Both the position numbers and the translations under genes were made by a program. DNA of 24,837 nucleotides from positions 1-24,837 of IMG/VR virus record IMGVR_UViG_3300006111_000037. One strand, written 5' to 3'. Each line of letters starts with the position of its first letter. The stretch's first letter is position 1. The notes under the pieces were generated by a model. That model did not search any database and was not told where the DNA came from. It saw nothing but the letters and a program-made list of their open reading frames with translations. The stretch comes from a virus (lineage: Duplodnaviria; Caudoviricetes). Shown one piece after another: positions 8,475-17,900 of this stretch.

Positions 8475-9704
8475 TTAAAAGTTGTAATACTGGGTTAAAC
8501 CAAACAAGCCAGTTGCAGACTGAACATTGTAGGCTTGCGGAATCTGGCGGAACGAATACTTGTTCGTGCCAGTGGAAGGCGTAAGATTGACACCCGACGC
8601 ATTCGCAAGGTCAATCGTGCCACGGACATCGCCCGTTGTTGCGGACGGTGTAGTACGGTCAGCAGGTAAGAAGCCGTTTGCAGCAAAACCCGTGTTAACA
8701 CTCAAAGCAGTCTGAGAGTTACCAGAATTTACTACAACTTCAGCAGCCGTATCCGAACGAACAGGAAGGCCAACAATTGCGGTTGTACCAACGGAATAGG
8801 CATGTGTAGCATCAGCAGCGTTAAGAACAACACTCTTGATGTACTTAAATGCTTTCTTACCGTTAACAGCGTTACCTGCCGAAATCGTAATGTTTTCCGA
8901 CATTGGATATCCGTAGACATCGTAGCCGTTAACAGTCGCGGTTGTAGCAGTAGCACTTGCTGCCGCAGTAACACTTACTGCGCGGCCAACCATAGCCATT
9001 GGATTCCACAACCAGATTGAAGGAGTCTGGATGTTTGTTGGAATAGCGCACTGTTGCACGTTTGGATAAGCCAAAGTGACTGTTCCAGACGTGAAAGTCA
9101 CGTTCTGACTAAGCTGATAAGTACCAGTTTGTCCGTTACCAACCGTTGATGAAGTTCCGGTCGTGGTCAATTGGGAGCCAATATACACACCAGAAGATGC
9201 ACCAAGAGTTCCGCCTGTTACCGTCGTAGACGATGAAAGGAGAACCATGCCGGGTCCGATTGGCATGCCGCTGTTTGCCGTAACCGTCAGAACGCCGTTC
9301 GTTGCCGAAGCGGTGACTGAAGCGTAAGCATCAAGAGCAAGAACCGTATCCGTAACGCCCGTATCCGAACGAACAAAGTTCGTTGAATAATAGACGCCAG
9401 TGGTCGCGGAGTTAGTGGAAACAAGCGTAAGAGTTGCGCTTGTTGCGTTTGCAGAGGCAACAATTGCTGCCGCTGCGTTTGTGTATGGGACGCCAGTGAA
9501 CGAAACAATGTCACTGAAGCCGTACCACCCAAAATCCTGCGCTGCCTGTGACTCACCGGGAAGGTAAGTAAAAGGAGTGCGCGGATCAAGGATGCCGCCC
9601 CCCGCATAAAATAGCGAAGAGCCTAAGTCTGGGTTGTAGTCCGAAGGTTGTGTTGGGTTTTGCCCAAATACAATCAGTGGACCGGAGAATGCGGTATCAG
9701 CCAT
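8475..9704 (-). CDS. Putative capsid decoration/head-fibre protein
   Basis: 409 aa Thr/Ser/Gly/Ala-rich; N-terminal MADTAFSGP; directly downstream of the major capsid gene; AGGAG RBS. Confidence 0.65.
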   Translation of the reverse strand: MADTAFSGPLIVFGQNPTQPSDYNPDLGSSLFYAGGGILDPRTPFTYLPGESQAAQDFGWYGFSDIVSFTGVPYTNAAAAIVASANATSATLTLVSTNSATTGVYYSTNFVRSDTGVTDTVLALDAYASVTASATNGVLTVTANSGMPIGPGMVLLSSSTTVTGGTLGASSGVYIGSQLTTTGTSSTVGNGQTGTYQLSQNVTFTSGTVTLAYPNVQQCAIPTNIQTPSIWLWNPMAMVGRAVSVTAAASATATTATVNGYDVYGYPMSENITISAGNAVNGKKAFKYIKSVVLNAADATHAYSVGTTAIVGLPVRSDTAAEVVVNSGNSQTALSVNTGFAANGFLPADRTTPSATTGDVRGTIDLANASGVNLTPSTGTNKYSFRQIPQAYNVQSATGLFGLTQYYNF

Positions 9705-9716
9705 AGTGCCTTCTCC

Positions 9717-10631
9717 TTACGAGGTTGGGAACGAGCCGTAAATCGAACGCCAGTTATAATAGCCAAACGAATAACGCTCATAACCCTTCACGAGCAAGTT
9801 GTCCGTAACAAAGTCAACCTGCATGTCCGTTTCGAACTTGATGCGCTCCATATAAGCGAGACCATCAATGTTCGTGAGCAGGAACCAAGCGTAGGACGAG
9901 GTCAAGAAGTCGTTGACCATGTAACCTTCGCTCAAGCCACCTGCAGTGGTCATGATTGCGTTGACATCGTTGTCTGCCGTACCCGGACGGAGTTCCGTCT
10001 TGAGAAGGCGGATGGCCACTGGCTCGAGAGCTGGTGGGATGACGAGCTTGCGGCCACGTGCGAAGATCTTTAGACCAGCCTGATCGCGGAAGTTCGTACG
10101 GATTGCGATCATCGCATTCAGCAGCGTTGCTTCGTTGAGGTCAACCTGAGTCGTTGGGGTGTTCGCAATCGAGCCACCGTCGATTGGATGCGCCGTCGAG
10201 CAAAGTGCAACACCGTCACCGCCGATTGCAGCGTTGTAGGTTTGCGCCGTGTTCAGAATGTTCGCACCGTAAATTTCCTTCGTCTGGTGGAAAGATTCCA
10301 CGAGGCCAAGGTTGGAAGGCTGGAATTGGGTCTTGTAAAGGTTGTCGTCGATTGCCTTGCGGGTAATCGCGTAACCGAGACCGATTTCCGTGTGTTCCTG
10401 ATTGTAGACGAAGCGTTCGCCAGCGCCCGAATCGAAAGCGGTCTGGCCACCTTCGGTCTTGAGCTGGGCGTAGCCGAGGTAACGCATTTCAGCGGTACGT
10501 TCGAGGGCCATCTTCGAATCATGTTTCGTAAAGATCTTGTCGTATTGCGACGGGATCTGCTCATACTTGCCTTCGACACCACGTAAGCCGGGGAGGAGAA
10601 GGTCTTTGATCTGACTAAGATTAACAGCCAT
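9717..10631 (-). CDS. Major capsid protein (Mu gpT-like, HK97 fold)
   Basis: 304 aa; LLLPGL...KTEGG...ITRKAIDDNLY...GGDGVALCSTAHP...KLVIPPAL...AWFLLT...KGYERYSFG; AAGGAG RBS; follows scaffold. Confidence 0.9.
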   Translation of the reverse strand: MAVNLSQIKDLLLPGLRGVEGKYEQIPSQYDKIFTKHDSKMALERTAEMRYLGYAQLKTEGGQTAFDSGAGERFVYNQEHTEIGLGYAITRKAIDDNLYKTQFQPSNLGLVESFHQTKEIYGANILNTAQTYNAAIGGDGVALCSTAHPIDGGSIANTPTTQVDLNEATLLNAMIAIRTNFRDQAGLKIFARGRKLVIPPALEPVAIRLLKTELRPGTADNDVNAIMTTAGGLSEGYMVNDFLTSSYAWFLLTNIDGLAYMERIKFETDMQVDFVTDNLLVKGYERYSFGYYNWRSIYGSFPTS

Positions 10632-10644
10632 GACACTTCACTCC

Positions 10645-11298
10645 TTACGAGATACCAGTTACAGCAGAGTTTGAACGCCAGACTTCGTTGTTGAAGCCGA
10701 CAATCAAGTTGCAGTACTGAGTGGTTAAGTCGCCGCCGTTGCCGATACCCACGGCGTAGTCGACGATGATGAATGGCGAGGTGTTGGTGGTTGCGGTAGC
10801 ATTGACATAAGCCGTCGAGCGGCCCGTGCTGTTGTTGCCGCCTGTCGAGTTGCCCGACGTTGCGCCCGTGGTCGAATAAGCGAACGTGACAAGCTGACCC
10901 TGAACACCAGAGGTTTGCGATGTTGCAGTTCCGGTGACTGGGAAGCCCGAGCCAGAGGACTGAACAATGAAACGTGCGTTTGGATCATCAATAACATAGG
11001 CTTCTACGTCACCCGTTGCGCCCGAACCCGGCCAATAAGCCGACCAGACAACACGGTTAAGCGCCGTAGCCAAATAACGACAGCCGACGAAAATACCAGC
11101 GAGCTGCACCGAGCCACCTGCGGTAGCTTGGGTGATGTAGCCGTTGGCGGTTGAAGTCACAGGCTGAACAGGGTCGCCAGTGAAAATTGGAGTCGTGTTG
11201 CCCGAAGCAATACGACGAGCGGATTGCGCGAACGTCGGAGCGCCGCCTGCACCACCCTGATATTGTAGAAAGCCGCTGGGCGCAAAAGTATTGGCCAT
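10645..11298 (-). CDS. Putative minor capsid/cement protein
   Basis: 217 aa; MANTFAPSGF...IFTGDPV...GIFVGCRY...AYVIDDPN; directly upstream of the capsid gene; GAGGAG RBS. Confidence 0.65.
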   Translation of the reverse strand: MANTFAPSGFLQYQGGAGGAPTFAQSARRIASGNTTPIFTGDPVQPVTSTANGYITQATAGGSVQLAGIFVGCRYLATALNRVVWSAYWPGSGATGDVEAYVIDDPNARFIVQSSGSGFPVTGTATSQTSGVQGQLVTFAYSTTGATSGNSTGGNNSTGRSTAYVNATATTNTSPFIIVDYAVGIGNGGDLTTQYCNLIVGFNNEVWRSNSAVTGIS

Positions 11299-11320
11299 GA
11301 CGGGTTCTCCTCTCAGAGAG

Positions 11321-11386
11321 TTCCATCATCGCACACCGGGGCGACTAAGAAACGGAAAAAGGTTTATCTTCCACACCGGGGGAAGA
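11321..11386 (-). promoter_or_regulatory. Structured 5' leader of capsid genes: two hairpins with identical loops (CCCGGUGU)
   Basis: UCUUCC-CCCGGUGU-GGAAGA (11386-11367) and GUCGC-CCCGGUGU-GCGAU (11345-11328), the second extended by UUCCGUU/GAUGGAA. Confidence 0.65.
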
Positions 11387-11413
11387 ATGTCGAACAGTAT
11401 GCCTGATATTTGC

Positions 11414-11451
11414 AGAAAGAAAAGGGGCCGATGAAAGATTTCTCGGCCCCT
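11414..11451 (-). terminator. Rho-independent terminator after the 170-aa gene
   Basis: AGGGGCCGA-GAAATCTTTCA-TCGGCCCCT followed by TTTCTTTC. Confidence 0.75.
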
Positions 11452-11459
11452 GTTCGATC

Positions 11460-11972
11460 TTATTCTTCCGGAATCGCGAAATCGTAGCTTTTCGAGATCT
11501 TTGGAGCAACTTGCGAGTCTTGACGATTCAATAAACCGCCTTTACCCTTTGGATCCATTTGTCCAGACTTGATGTTAACCTGCTGACGCGCATCGCGAAG
11601 TTCTCTCGCTTTTGCATCGAGGGTAATTTCTTCTGGACGCTCCATGAGAAGCATGCCTTTGCGCTCGATGGAACCTTCTGCGCCAACTTGCATCATTTCT
11701 GGGTGGCGTTCAACCGGAACAGCCGTCCAGCCTGTGCGCCGAACATGGTTCATGTGGGAAACATCTTCCATATTCATGGATGACTTGCGTTTCCATTCAT
11801 ATGTCCAGCCATCGGGAGCGGGTGGAGTCGCAAATTCATCGATCCCATCGTCGAGATCCGAAGAGTTGTTGCGGATTTCTGCTGCACGTTTTGCAGCAAG
11901 TGCCCGTGGGTCGTCCGCACGGACGGGTGGGCGCATTTCGCGACGAGCGATAGTTTCAGTAGCTTTTGTCAT
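11460..11972 (-). CDS. Phage head-module protein (hypothetical)
   Basis: 170 aa; PPAPDGWTYEWKR...GWTAVPVERHP...GMLLMERPEE; lies between scaffold and capsid genes. Confidence 0.8.
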   Translation of the reverse strand: MTKATETIARREMRPPVRADDPRALAAKRAAEIRNNSSDLDDGIDEFATPPAPDGWTYEWKRKSSMNMEDVSHMNHVRRTGWTAVPVERHPEMMQVGAEGSIERKGMLLMERPEEITLDAKARELRDARQQVNIKSGQMDPKGKGGLLNRQDSQVAPKISKSYDFAIPEE

Positions 11973-11983
11973 TGTTCATCCAA

Positions 11984-12892
11984 TCAGTTAAGTTTGCCTT
12001 CTTTGATCAGGGCCATCTTATTTCTGGCATATTCCTGATCAGTCATGCCCATCATGCTTGCTATTTCACGTTCTTGCGAATTCAACCGGACAACATTCGG
12101 CCGAGCGCCGGAGTTGGTGGTTGGAGAACGCGAAACAGGCGCAGCCGGAGGAGCCGAGCGGCGAGAGGTTGGTGCGGAAGCAGCCGAAAGCGCGGAATCT
12201 TCTTGCTGAACGGCTTGGCGGGGTGCAATTTTCAACGTATCTTCGATTGTATTGAAGTAATCGTCGGAATCTGCCTCGAGCCCATCAGCCATCGCAAGAT
12301 TATTCGCCGCAATCATCTTTTGATAAAGACGAGGATTGGTTGCATATTCCGGATGGGCGCGAACCCAATCCGCCGAGCGCGGAGAAAGCTGAGCCGCCAA
12401 CGATTCAACAGGATCATTTTGAACTTGGGGAACAAATTTTGCCTGTTCCATGCGGTTTTGATAAGCCGTTTTGCCGTTTTCGAGCTGCATTTTCTGCATT
12501 GCGATTTCGGACATTTGCACTTGAATATCAGCGGCCTCTTCATGGTCGCCACGCGCAAGTGCATCGGCATAAGAGCGTTTCAACGAAAGCTGATTGTTCT
12601 TCACCGTATCGATTGCGTTGTCGATGAGCTTCAGATTCGTGTCATCGACTTCGCTTTTCGCCAAAGAAGCCTGTTCCGCTGCCTGTTTCACCCGTTTTTC
12701 GGCTTCGAGGCGAGCGAGACGCTCTTCTTCGAGTTTAAATTTCAGCTCGCGAATACCTTCATCAGCTGAAATTTCTTGTTTCATCGGTTTTTCAAGCTCT
12801 TCAGCCTTCTCAACCTTTATTTCTTCCGCTGGTTTTTCACTTTCCAACGGCTCGAGTTCGATCTCGAGGTGTTCGTCTTCTGTATCCGACAT
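11984..12892 (-). CDS. Putative capsid scaffolding protein
   Basis: Acidic N-terminus, long coiled coil, Pro/Ala/Ser linker, C-terminal VRLNSQEREIASMMGMTDQEYARNK helix pair; start placed at MSDT (GGAG 6 nt upstream), alternative ATG at 12904. Confidence 0.75.
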   Translation of the reverse strand: MSDTEDEHLEIELEPLESEKPAEEIKVEKAEELEKPMKQEISADEGIRELKFKLEEERLARLEAEKRVKQAAEQASLAKSEVDDTNLKLIDNAIDTVKNNQLSLKRSYADALARGDHEEAADIQVQMSEIAMQKMQLENGKTAYQNRMEQAKFVPQVQNDPVESLAAQLSPRSADWVRAHPEYATNPRLYQKMIAANNLAMADGLEADSDDYFNTIEDTLKIAPRQAVQQEDSALSAASAPTSRRSAPPAAPVSRSPTTNSGARPNVVRLNSQEREIASMMGMTDQEYARNKMALIKEGKLN

Positions 12893-12903
12893 TTGTTGCT
12901 CCA

Positions 12904-13296
12904 TCACCACACCTGATCAACATCTTGGATGCGTCCGCGTACGTTCACATCGCTCAAAATCCGGCATGGTACGTTGTTTATGGTGATTGTCCAACCATCC
13001 GAAGGGCGCGAAACAATCCAGTCGCCCTCTTTTATGGTGACATTTTTGAACCATTCACCCGAATCATCCTGAAAAGCTGTTGGGCCGAGCTTCATAACGA
13101 GGCCAACTTTGCTTTGGTAGATATCTTCGTCGACGGTTTTATCAGTCAGGTGGATTCCGCTTTTGGTTTTCGTTGGACGAATGTAAAGCGCAATCAGAAC
13201 CTGATTGTTGAAAAGCTCGAAATCTTCGACTGAACCGATTTTCTCGAGCAACAGCTCACGAGGATCTCTCTCGTGAAACATGGACATTGCTGGCAT
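12904..13296 (-). CDS. groES: GroES/Cpn10-like co-chaperonin
   Basis: NNQVLI...TKTKSGIHL (mobile loop)...GLVMKLGP...IKEGDWIV...RILSDVNV; start moved to MPAM (AGAGGGG RBS) to avoid overlap with the upstream gene. Confidence 0.85.
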   Translation of the reverse strand: MPAMSMFHERDPRELLLEKIGSVEDFELFNNQVLIALYIRPTKTKSGIHLTDKTVDEDIYQSKVGLVMKLGPTAFQDDSGEWFKNVTIKEGDWIVSRPSDGWTITINNVPCRILSDVNVRGRIQDVDQVW

Positions 13297-13300
13297 ATTT

Positions 13301-13513
13301 TTATTCCCCTCTGTTTTTAACTCCATTGGCGATGGCCTCAGCCTCGTCAATGTATTCGAGAGCTGCACTCAGCCCTTGAATCTTTCCAACTTGCCTTTGA
13401 TATTGATCAAAATTTTGAGCAGAACCTGCTGCGATATTGTCGCGCAACTGTTCATAATCTTGTTTTATCATCAGCCTCAGCTCATAAACGAGCCGATCTT
13501 TTGTTGTTAGCAC
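13301..13513 (-). CDS. Small phage protein (hypothetical, helical)
   Basis: 70 aa; GSAQNFDQYQRQVGKIQGL; GTG start with AAAGGA RBS. Confidence 0.8.
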   Translation of the reverse strand: MLTTKDRLVYELRLMIKQDYEQLRDNIAAGSAQNFDQYQRQVGKIQGLSAALEYIDEAEAIANGVKNRGE

Positions 13514-13534
13514 AAACTGTTCCTTTCAGTGGCT

Positions 13535-13596
13535 GGACCGAGCACCCAGAGGGGAGCGCCCGGTCCTCCTCTCATCGGGCGTGGAGAGACGCCCGA
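13535..13596 (-). promoter_or_regulatory. Two-hairpin intergenic RNA structure with anti-SD-like pyrimidine loops
   Basis: UCGGGCGU-CUCUCC-ACGCCCGA and GGACCGGGCGCUC-CCCUCU-GGGUGCUCGGUCC (13 bp including 3 G-U pairs, favouring the minus strand); no U-tract. Confidence 0.6.
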
Positions 13597-13601
13597 GAAA
13601 T

Positions 13602-14915
13602 TTATTTCTTGCGTGGAGGCGTGAGCCCGTAGGCCTTGATCTTTTCGAGGCGAGCTTCTCCGCCGCCAGCGCCCGAATCGATTGGATAGGTTGTGCGACC
13701 ACCCGACTTACGTGGCATCATGCCCGGAGGAGGCATAGGAGGCCCACCAGCGCCCGGTGCGCCACCGCCCGAAGGCATCATCCCCGGAGGAGGCATCGGC
13801 GCTCCTGCACCCACTGGAGGCGTGCGCGGAGAAACGGGTGCATTCGGCATTGGCTGACCGCCCATCGCGCCTTTGTCATGGTGACCGGAGGCAATGATGA
13901 TATTCACGTTCATCTTGCCTTTTCCAGCCTTGCCGCCATGGGCATGGGCCGAGCGTCCGCCCTTGACTTCACCGGGAACTTTGAACGGATAGCCTTCGCC
14001 TTTGAAAACGCCGCCGCCTTTGTTCTTTTCAGCTTTGCCGCCCCAGCACTTGTGGCATTTGCAGTCATGCGGATGAGCCGCGCCGCCTTCAGCTTTGAAT
14101 GCTTTCGCCTTCAACACTTTGTGCATCAGCTTTTTATCTTCGGCTTCATCCGGGTGCGCCTTGCCACCATGGGCGTGGTGCGGCTTTTTATGGTGCAGCC
14201 ATTCAACTTTATGGCCATCCGTTTTGCCGCCGCGCTTTTTGCCCGGATACATTTCGCCGTAATCAGGCATCTCGAATGATGCATTGCCTGCATTTGCTAC
14301 GCCCGAAAGTTTATTCGAGGCATTGCGGATCCCGGCGGAACGCTTCCGCACGCCTTCTTCATCGCCCATCATTTTGCTGACGGCAAGCTCTGGACGGGCA
14401 GCTTCAAGGTAATTTTGAAGCGTGCCACCGCTCAACTTATGAGCACGGCCACCCTTTTTCATCATTCCAGCAGCTTGGCCCATCATTTTGTTTTGTGAGC
14501 CGACAGGGTTTTCACCCACGCCACCGCTGAATTTGTGGGCCTTGCCCCCATGTTTCAAACCACCAATATGCTTCGTGCCCTCGCGAGCTTCGTTTGCCAT
14601 GCGGACATCACGATTGATCAAATTGTCCGGTGTCAAATAACGATGCGCACGATCTGGCTCGGAGCGACCTCCGCTCTTGCGTGGAGCGCGGTCGGCACGA
14701 TGCGCAGCTTTCATGCCTTCGGCTTTGCCGATGACTTTTCCGCCCTTTTTGTAAGCCCGCTTGCTTAATGGGCGCATGCCCGTTTGAATACTGGCATTTT
14801 CGGCAGAAGGCGGCGTCCAATCGGACGAATCAACTTTCGTATGAGGGTCGGCCGAAGCAAGGCGTTTTGCCTTGGCTTTCATAGCGTCCCGCGAGGTCTT
14901 GGCGGTCTGAGACAT
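13602..14915 (-). CDS. Gly/Lys/His/Pro-rich low-complexity protein with about 14 xxxGG motifs (putative internal head protein)
   Basis: 437 aa; YKKGG, RKSGG x2, LKHGG, MKKGG, KKRGG, HAHGG x2, KAEGG and others; HPHDCKCHKC; PMPPPGMMP x2; GGAG RBS. Confidence 0.85.
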   Translation of the reverse strand: MSQTAKTSRDAMKAKAKRLASADPHTKVDSSDWTPPSAENASIQTGMRPLSKRAYKKGGKVIGKAEGMKAAHRADRAPRKSGGRSEPDRAHRYLTPDNLINRDVRMANEAREGTKHIGGLKHGGKAHKFSGGVGENPVGSQNKMMGQAAGMMKKGGRAHKLSGGTLQNYLEAARPELAVSKMMGDEEGVRKRSAGIRNASNKLSGVANAGNASFEMPDYGEMYPGKKRGGKTDGHKVEWLHHKKPHHAHGGKAHPDEAEDKKLMHKVLKAKAFKAEGGAAHPHDCKCHKCWGGKAEKNKGGGVFKGEGYPFKVPGEVKGGRSAHAHGGKAGKGKMNVNIIIASGHHDKGAMGGQPMPNAPVSPRTPPVGAGAPMPPPGMMPSGGGAPGAGGPPMPPPGMMPRKSGGRTTYPIDSGAGGGEARLEKIKAYGLTPPRKK

Positions 14916-14933
14916 GGGTGGCTCCGGAGGTTG

Positions 14934-17900
14934 TTAGAACAGGCGTCCCTGTTGGCCGCTGAGGGTTGAATCCATGTCGCGCGGCAACGAATGGATTTTA
15001 TTGAGCGCTTGCCCAATAATCGCGGGAGTATGCATCTTGTTTTTCGATTTGGCAACTGGAGCTTTTACGTCGCCGCCGCGCCGGAACAATTTTTGGTTTT
15101 TCGAAATCGATTCATTGGCCTTGGGCGTGGTTTCATAAAGAGGCAAATCCGCAATGGTTTGTTCTTCGTAATCATTGCCCTTTTTTCTCCAATTCATTTC
15201 GACTTGGTCGCGCTCGGATTGCGTTAAATTACGCCAATGGTCCTGCACCGCCTGACGCTGATTATGATAATCGGGAGAGTTTCGATCGTATGGCAACCCA
15301 ACCGTTTCCGCGACGTGCGGATAATCGAATGTAATTGGAATCTTTTTTGTCAATGGGAAAGTTCTGTTTTTGACTTTACCCGCCGCAGGATCGTGAGACT
15401 TGAAAGCCTTTTCGATTGCTGGTTCAAGGGTTTCGTCGTAATAACTTTTCACGCCCGGTTGCCCCATCCAGCGTTTGCTTTGTTGATCCCCATTCGTCAA
15501 AACGATTCCATGATAGCCACCATCGACCATTTCTTTGAGAAGCCGCTTCACCGCAAGATTGGTCCATTTGTCAGTGTCGGTGACGTGCGGACCAGGAGCA
15601 ACTGAATCTCTGGCTTTTCTGTATTTTTCGTATGCTTCGTCCCTTAAATTGGCAAATTCACCTAATTTTTTGCTAATTGGTTCAACTTCCGTTCCTTTAA
15701 AATTATTATTTTGGTGATCGTCCCATTGTTTATCGGCAATATTAGCCAAACGATAATATTCTTTTTGATGATCTTCTAAAATTTTTTCTTTTTCATCTCG
15801 GCTGAGATTTCTCCAATAATCGGTATAACGATCGCCTTCATCCGTATAACGTAATTTTTCAAAACGATCTTGATGTTGATAAACAGGAACGTAAAGCTCA
15901 TTATAAATTTTGTCTTTTGCTTTTGAATATTCATCATAAATATTATCATATTCATCATCAAGGCGTTTATATTCTTGATGAAGAGCATCTTTGCTCATAT
16001 CATCTTTTTCGCCGAAACGCCCGCGACCTTTTTGGCCCCAGTCACCTTGGACTTCTTCGACATGAAGATATTTTTTGCCCGGAGCAGGGCCGAATTGTTT
16101 GTCTCCGGGGTGCTTTTGCAGCCACCATGAATGCAAACGATCGAAATCTTCTTTTGGAATGCGCCCTTGAACGTGATGCAAAAATCCTGAAGCAAGGTTA
16201 TTGACTTGCGGCTCGCCAGTTTGCAGCGACAAAGGAACCGTTACTCCGGCTTTTCTCGCGAGTTCAACAACTTCATCATCTGTCATCGCAGGAACTGGTT
16301 CATGCAAATCGGCCAAACGCATATGAAACAAAGGATTGTATTCAGGATAATGCGTATCGTATTGAAAAAGTTTCTTTTCAGGCTTCCATTGCGCAATTAT
16401 TTCTCGATAATTTTCGTTGTTCCCTTGCTCTTTCAGCGTGTATTGCTCATGCTTAGCGCGTTTTTTGGTTGTGTATCTGTTTAAATAACCAGCATGGTTA
16501 TCGTTCATATGCTCTGCAAGCCCTTCCCTGAGCCCAACACTAAAATATCCCTGTTGCTTCAAATCGTCTTCTTTTTCGCGAAGCTCTTGGTCGATGGCGA
16601 GGTAATCATCGCCAAAAATTTCTTTGAACAGTTTGGGGTCTTTCAGCGCATCGCGAGCAACCGCAATTCTTCTTTCGTCGCTGTCGTTTATTGGGTAACC
16701 TTGAGGATCAGCATCCCGATATGAATTATCGCGAATGTTTTCTTCGTAATCATCAACATTGGCATCTTCCAAACGTCGCGCAACGTCTTCACGGCTGACG
16801 GTTTTTTGGCCAGCCGGAGGATGCATTCCTGCAATATCAGCCCATTTCAACTCGTCGGATTTTACGCCGGGTTGCTGTTTCAGGAAATTCACCCATTGAT
16901 CCGGGGTCATTTTTTCCTGTTTGGCCTTTTGAGTAACCTCCGCAGCATGTGAATAGGTTCCCAATACGTTTTTCACGCGCATTGGTTGAAACTCGGGCTC
17001 TTTATTTTGATCCGAGCTCGAAGGTTTTTGCGGAGGAGGAGCTTCGCCTTTTTGTGCGACGATCTGACCTTGGTCTTTGATTTGTTGCTTAATAGCTTCT
17101 TTTTCTTCGGCGCTCAAAGCTGGGTCGCGGAGCTGAGCGGAAAGCTCTTTGATTTTGGCTTGAGCTGCTGCACGGCGCTCAGAAAGGCTTCCGCCGCCTT
17201 CTTTGTGAATGAAACCGCCATGCGCTTCGTGCTCTGGTTCTTCCGATTGCGCAGGTTGATTTCGTTGCTTTTCAACCATTTCATCGAGAAGGTTTTTAAA
17301 CTCTTCATCAGAAATTTTCGGGCCTTTCGATCCAAAAGCACGCCATTCGAGATCATTTTTTATATGTTGATGAGCCCGATTATAAATTTCATCTTCCATT
17401 TCTGGGTCCATATAAGAGACCGTATCCCCTCCTCCGTGTGCAATTTCATGCATTTGGATTGGATTTTCATCATGGTCTCGCTCCATGGTGTGAGCCAAAC
17501 TTTCCAATGTTTCTTTGCTTACCAAATTTTTTAAAATTGGATGGTTTTCATTCACAGGCTCTTTAAGAATTACGCTAAGAGCCTCGCGAGCCTTTTCCAA
17601 ATTATTAGGCGAAAGTTTTTTAATCGCCATTTTCTTTGGTTTAAGCAATTTATTTATATTTTTGGCTTGGTTCACCGCCGCAACAGCATTGCGAGAGGTT
17701 TCCAGAAACTTTCTCCGGCTTACCGGAGCCTCCATGAGCGCTTTGGTCGCCTTGGCAATCAAGTCAGGGTTTTCGGCCGATGCAGGGCCGCTGGAAGGCA
17801 CAGCGAGCGCTTTGTTTTCTTCCGGCGTCGAAGGTGCTGGCGCAGGTGCGGCCACGGTCGCTGGCAAATTGGCAGGTTTCGGATTGAAAAGATTCATGAA

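Noticed and set aside
12904-13368. Longer starts given in the track for GroES (13368), NUMOD3 protein (23713) and EIERLR genes (24570, 24827)
   Set aside because: Extensions overlap upstream genes or lack RBS; downstream ATGs have clear SD sequences or coupling
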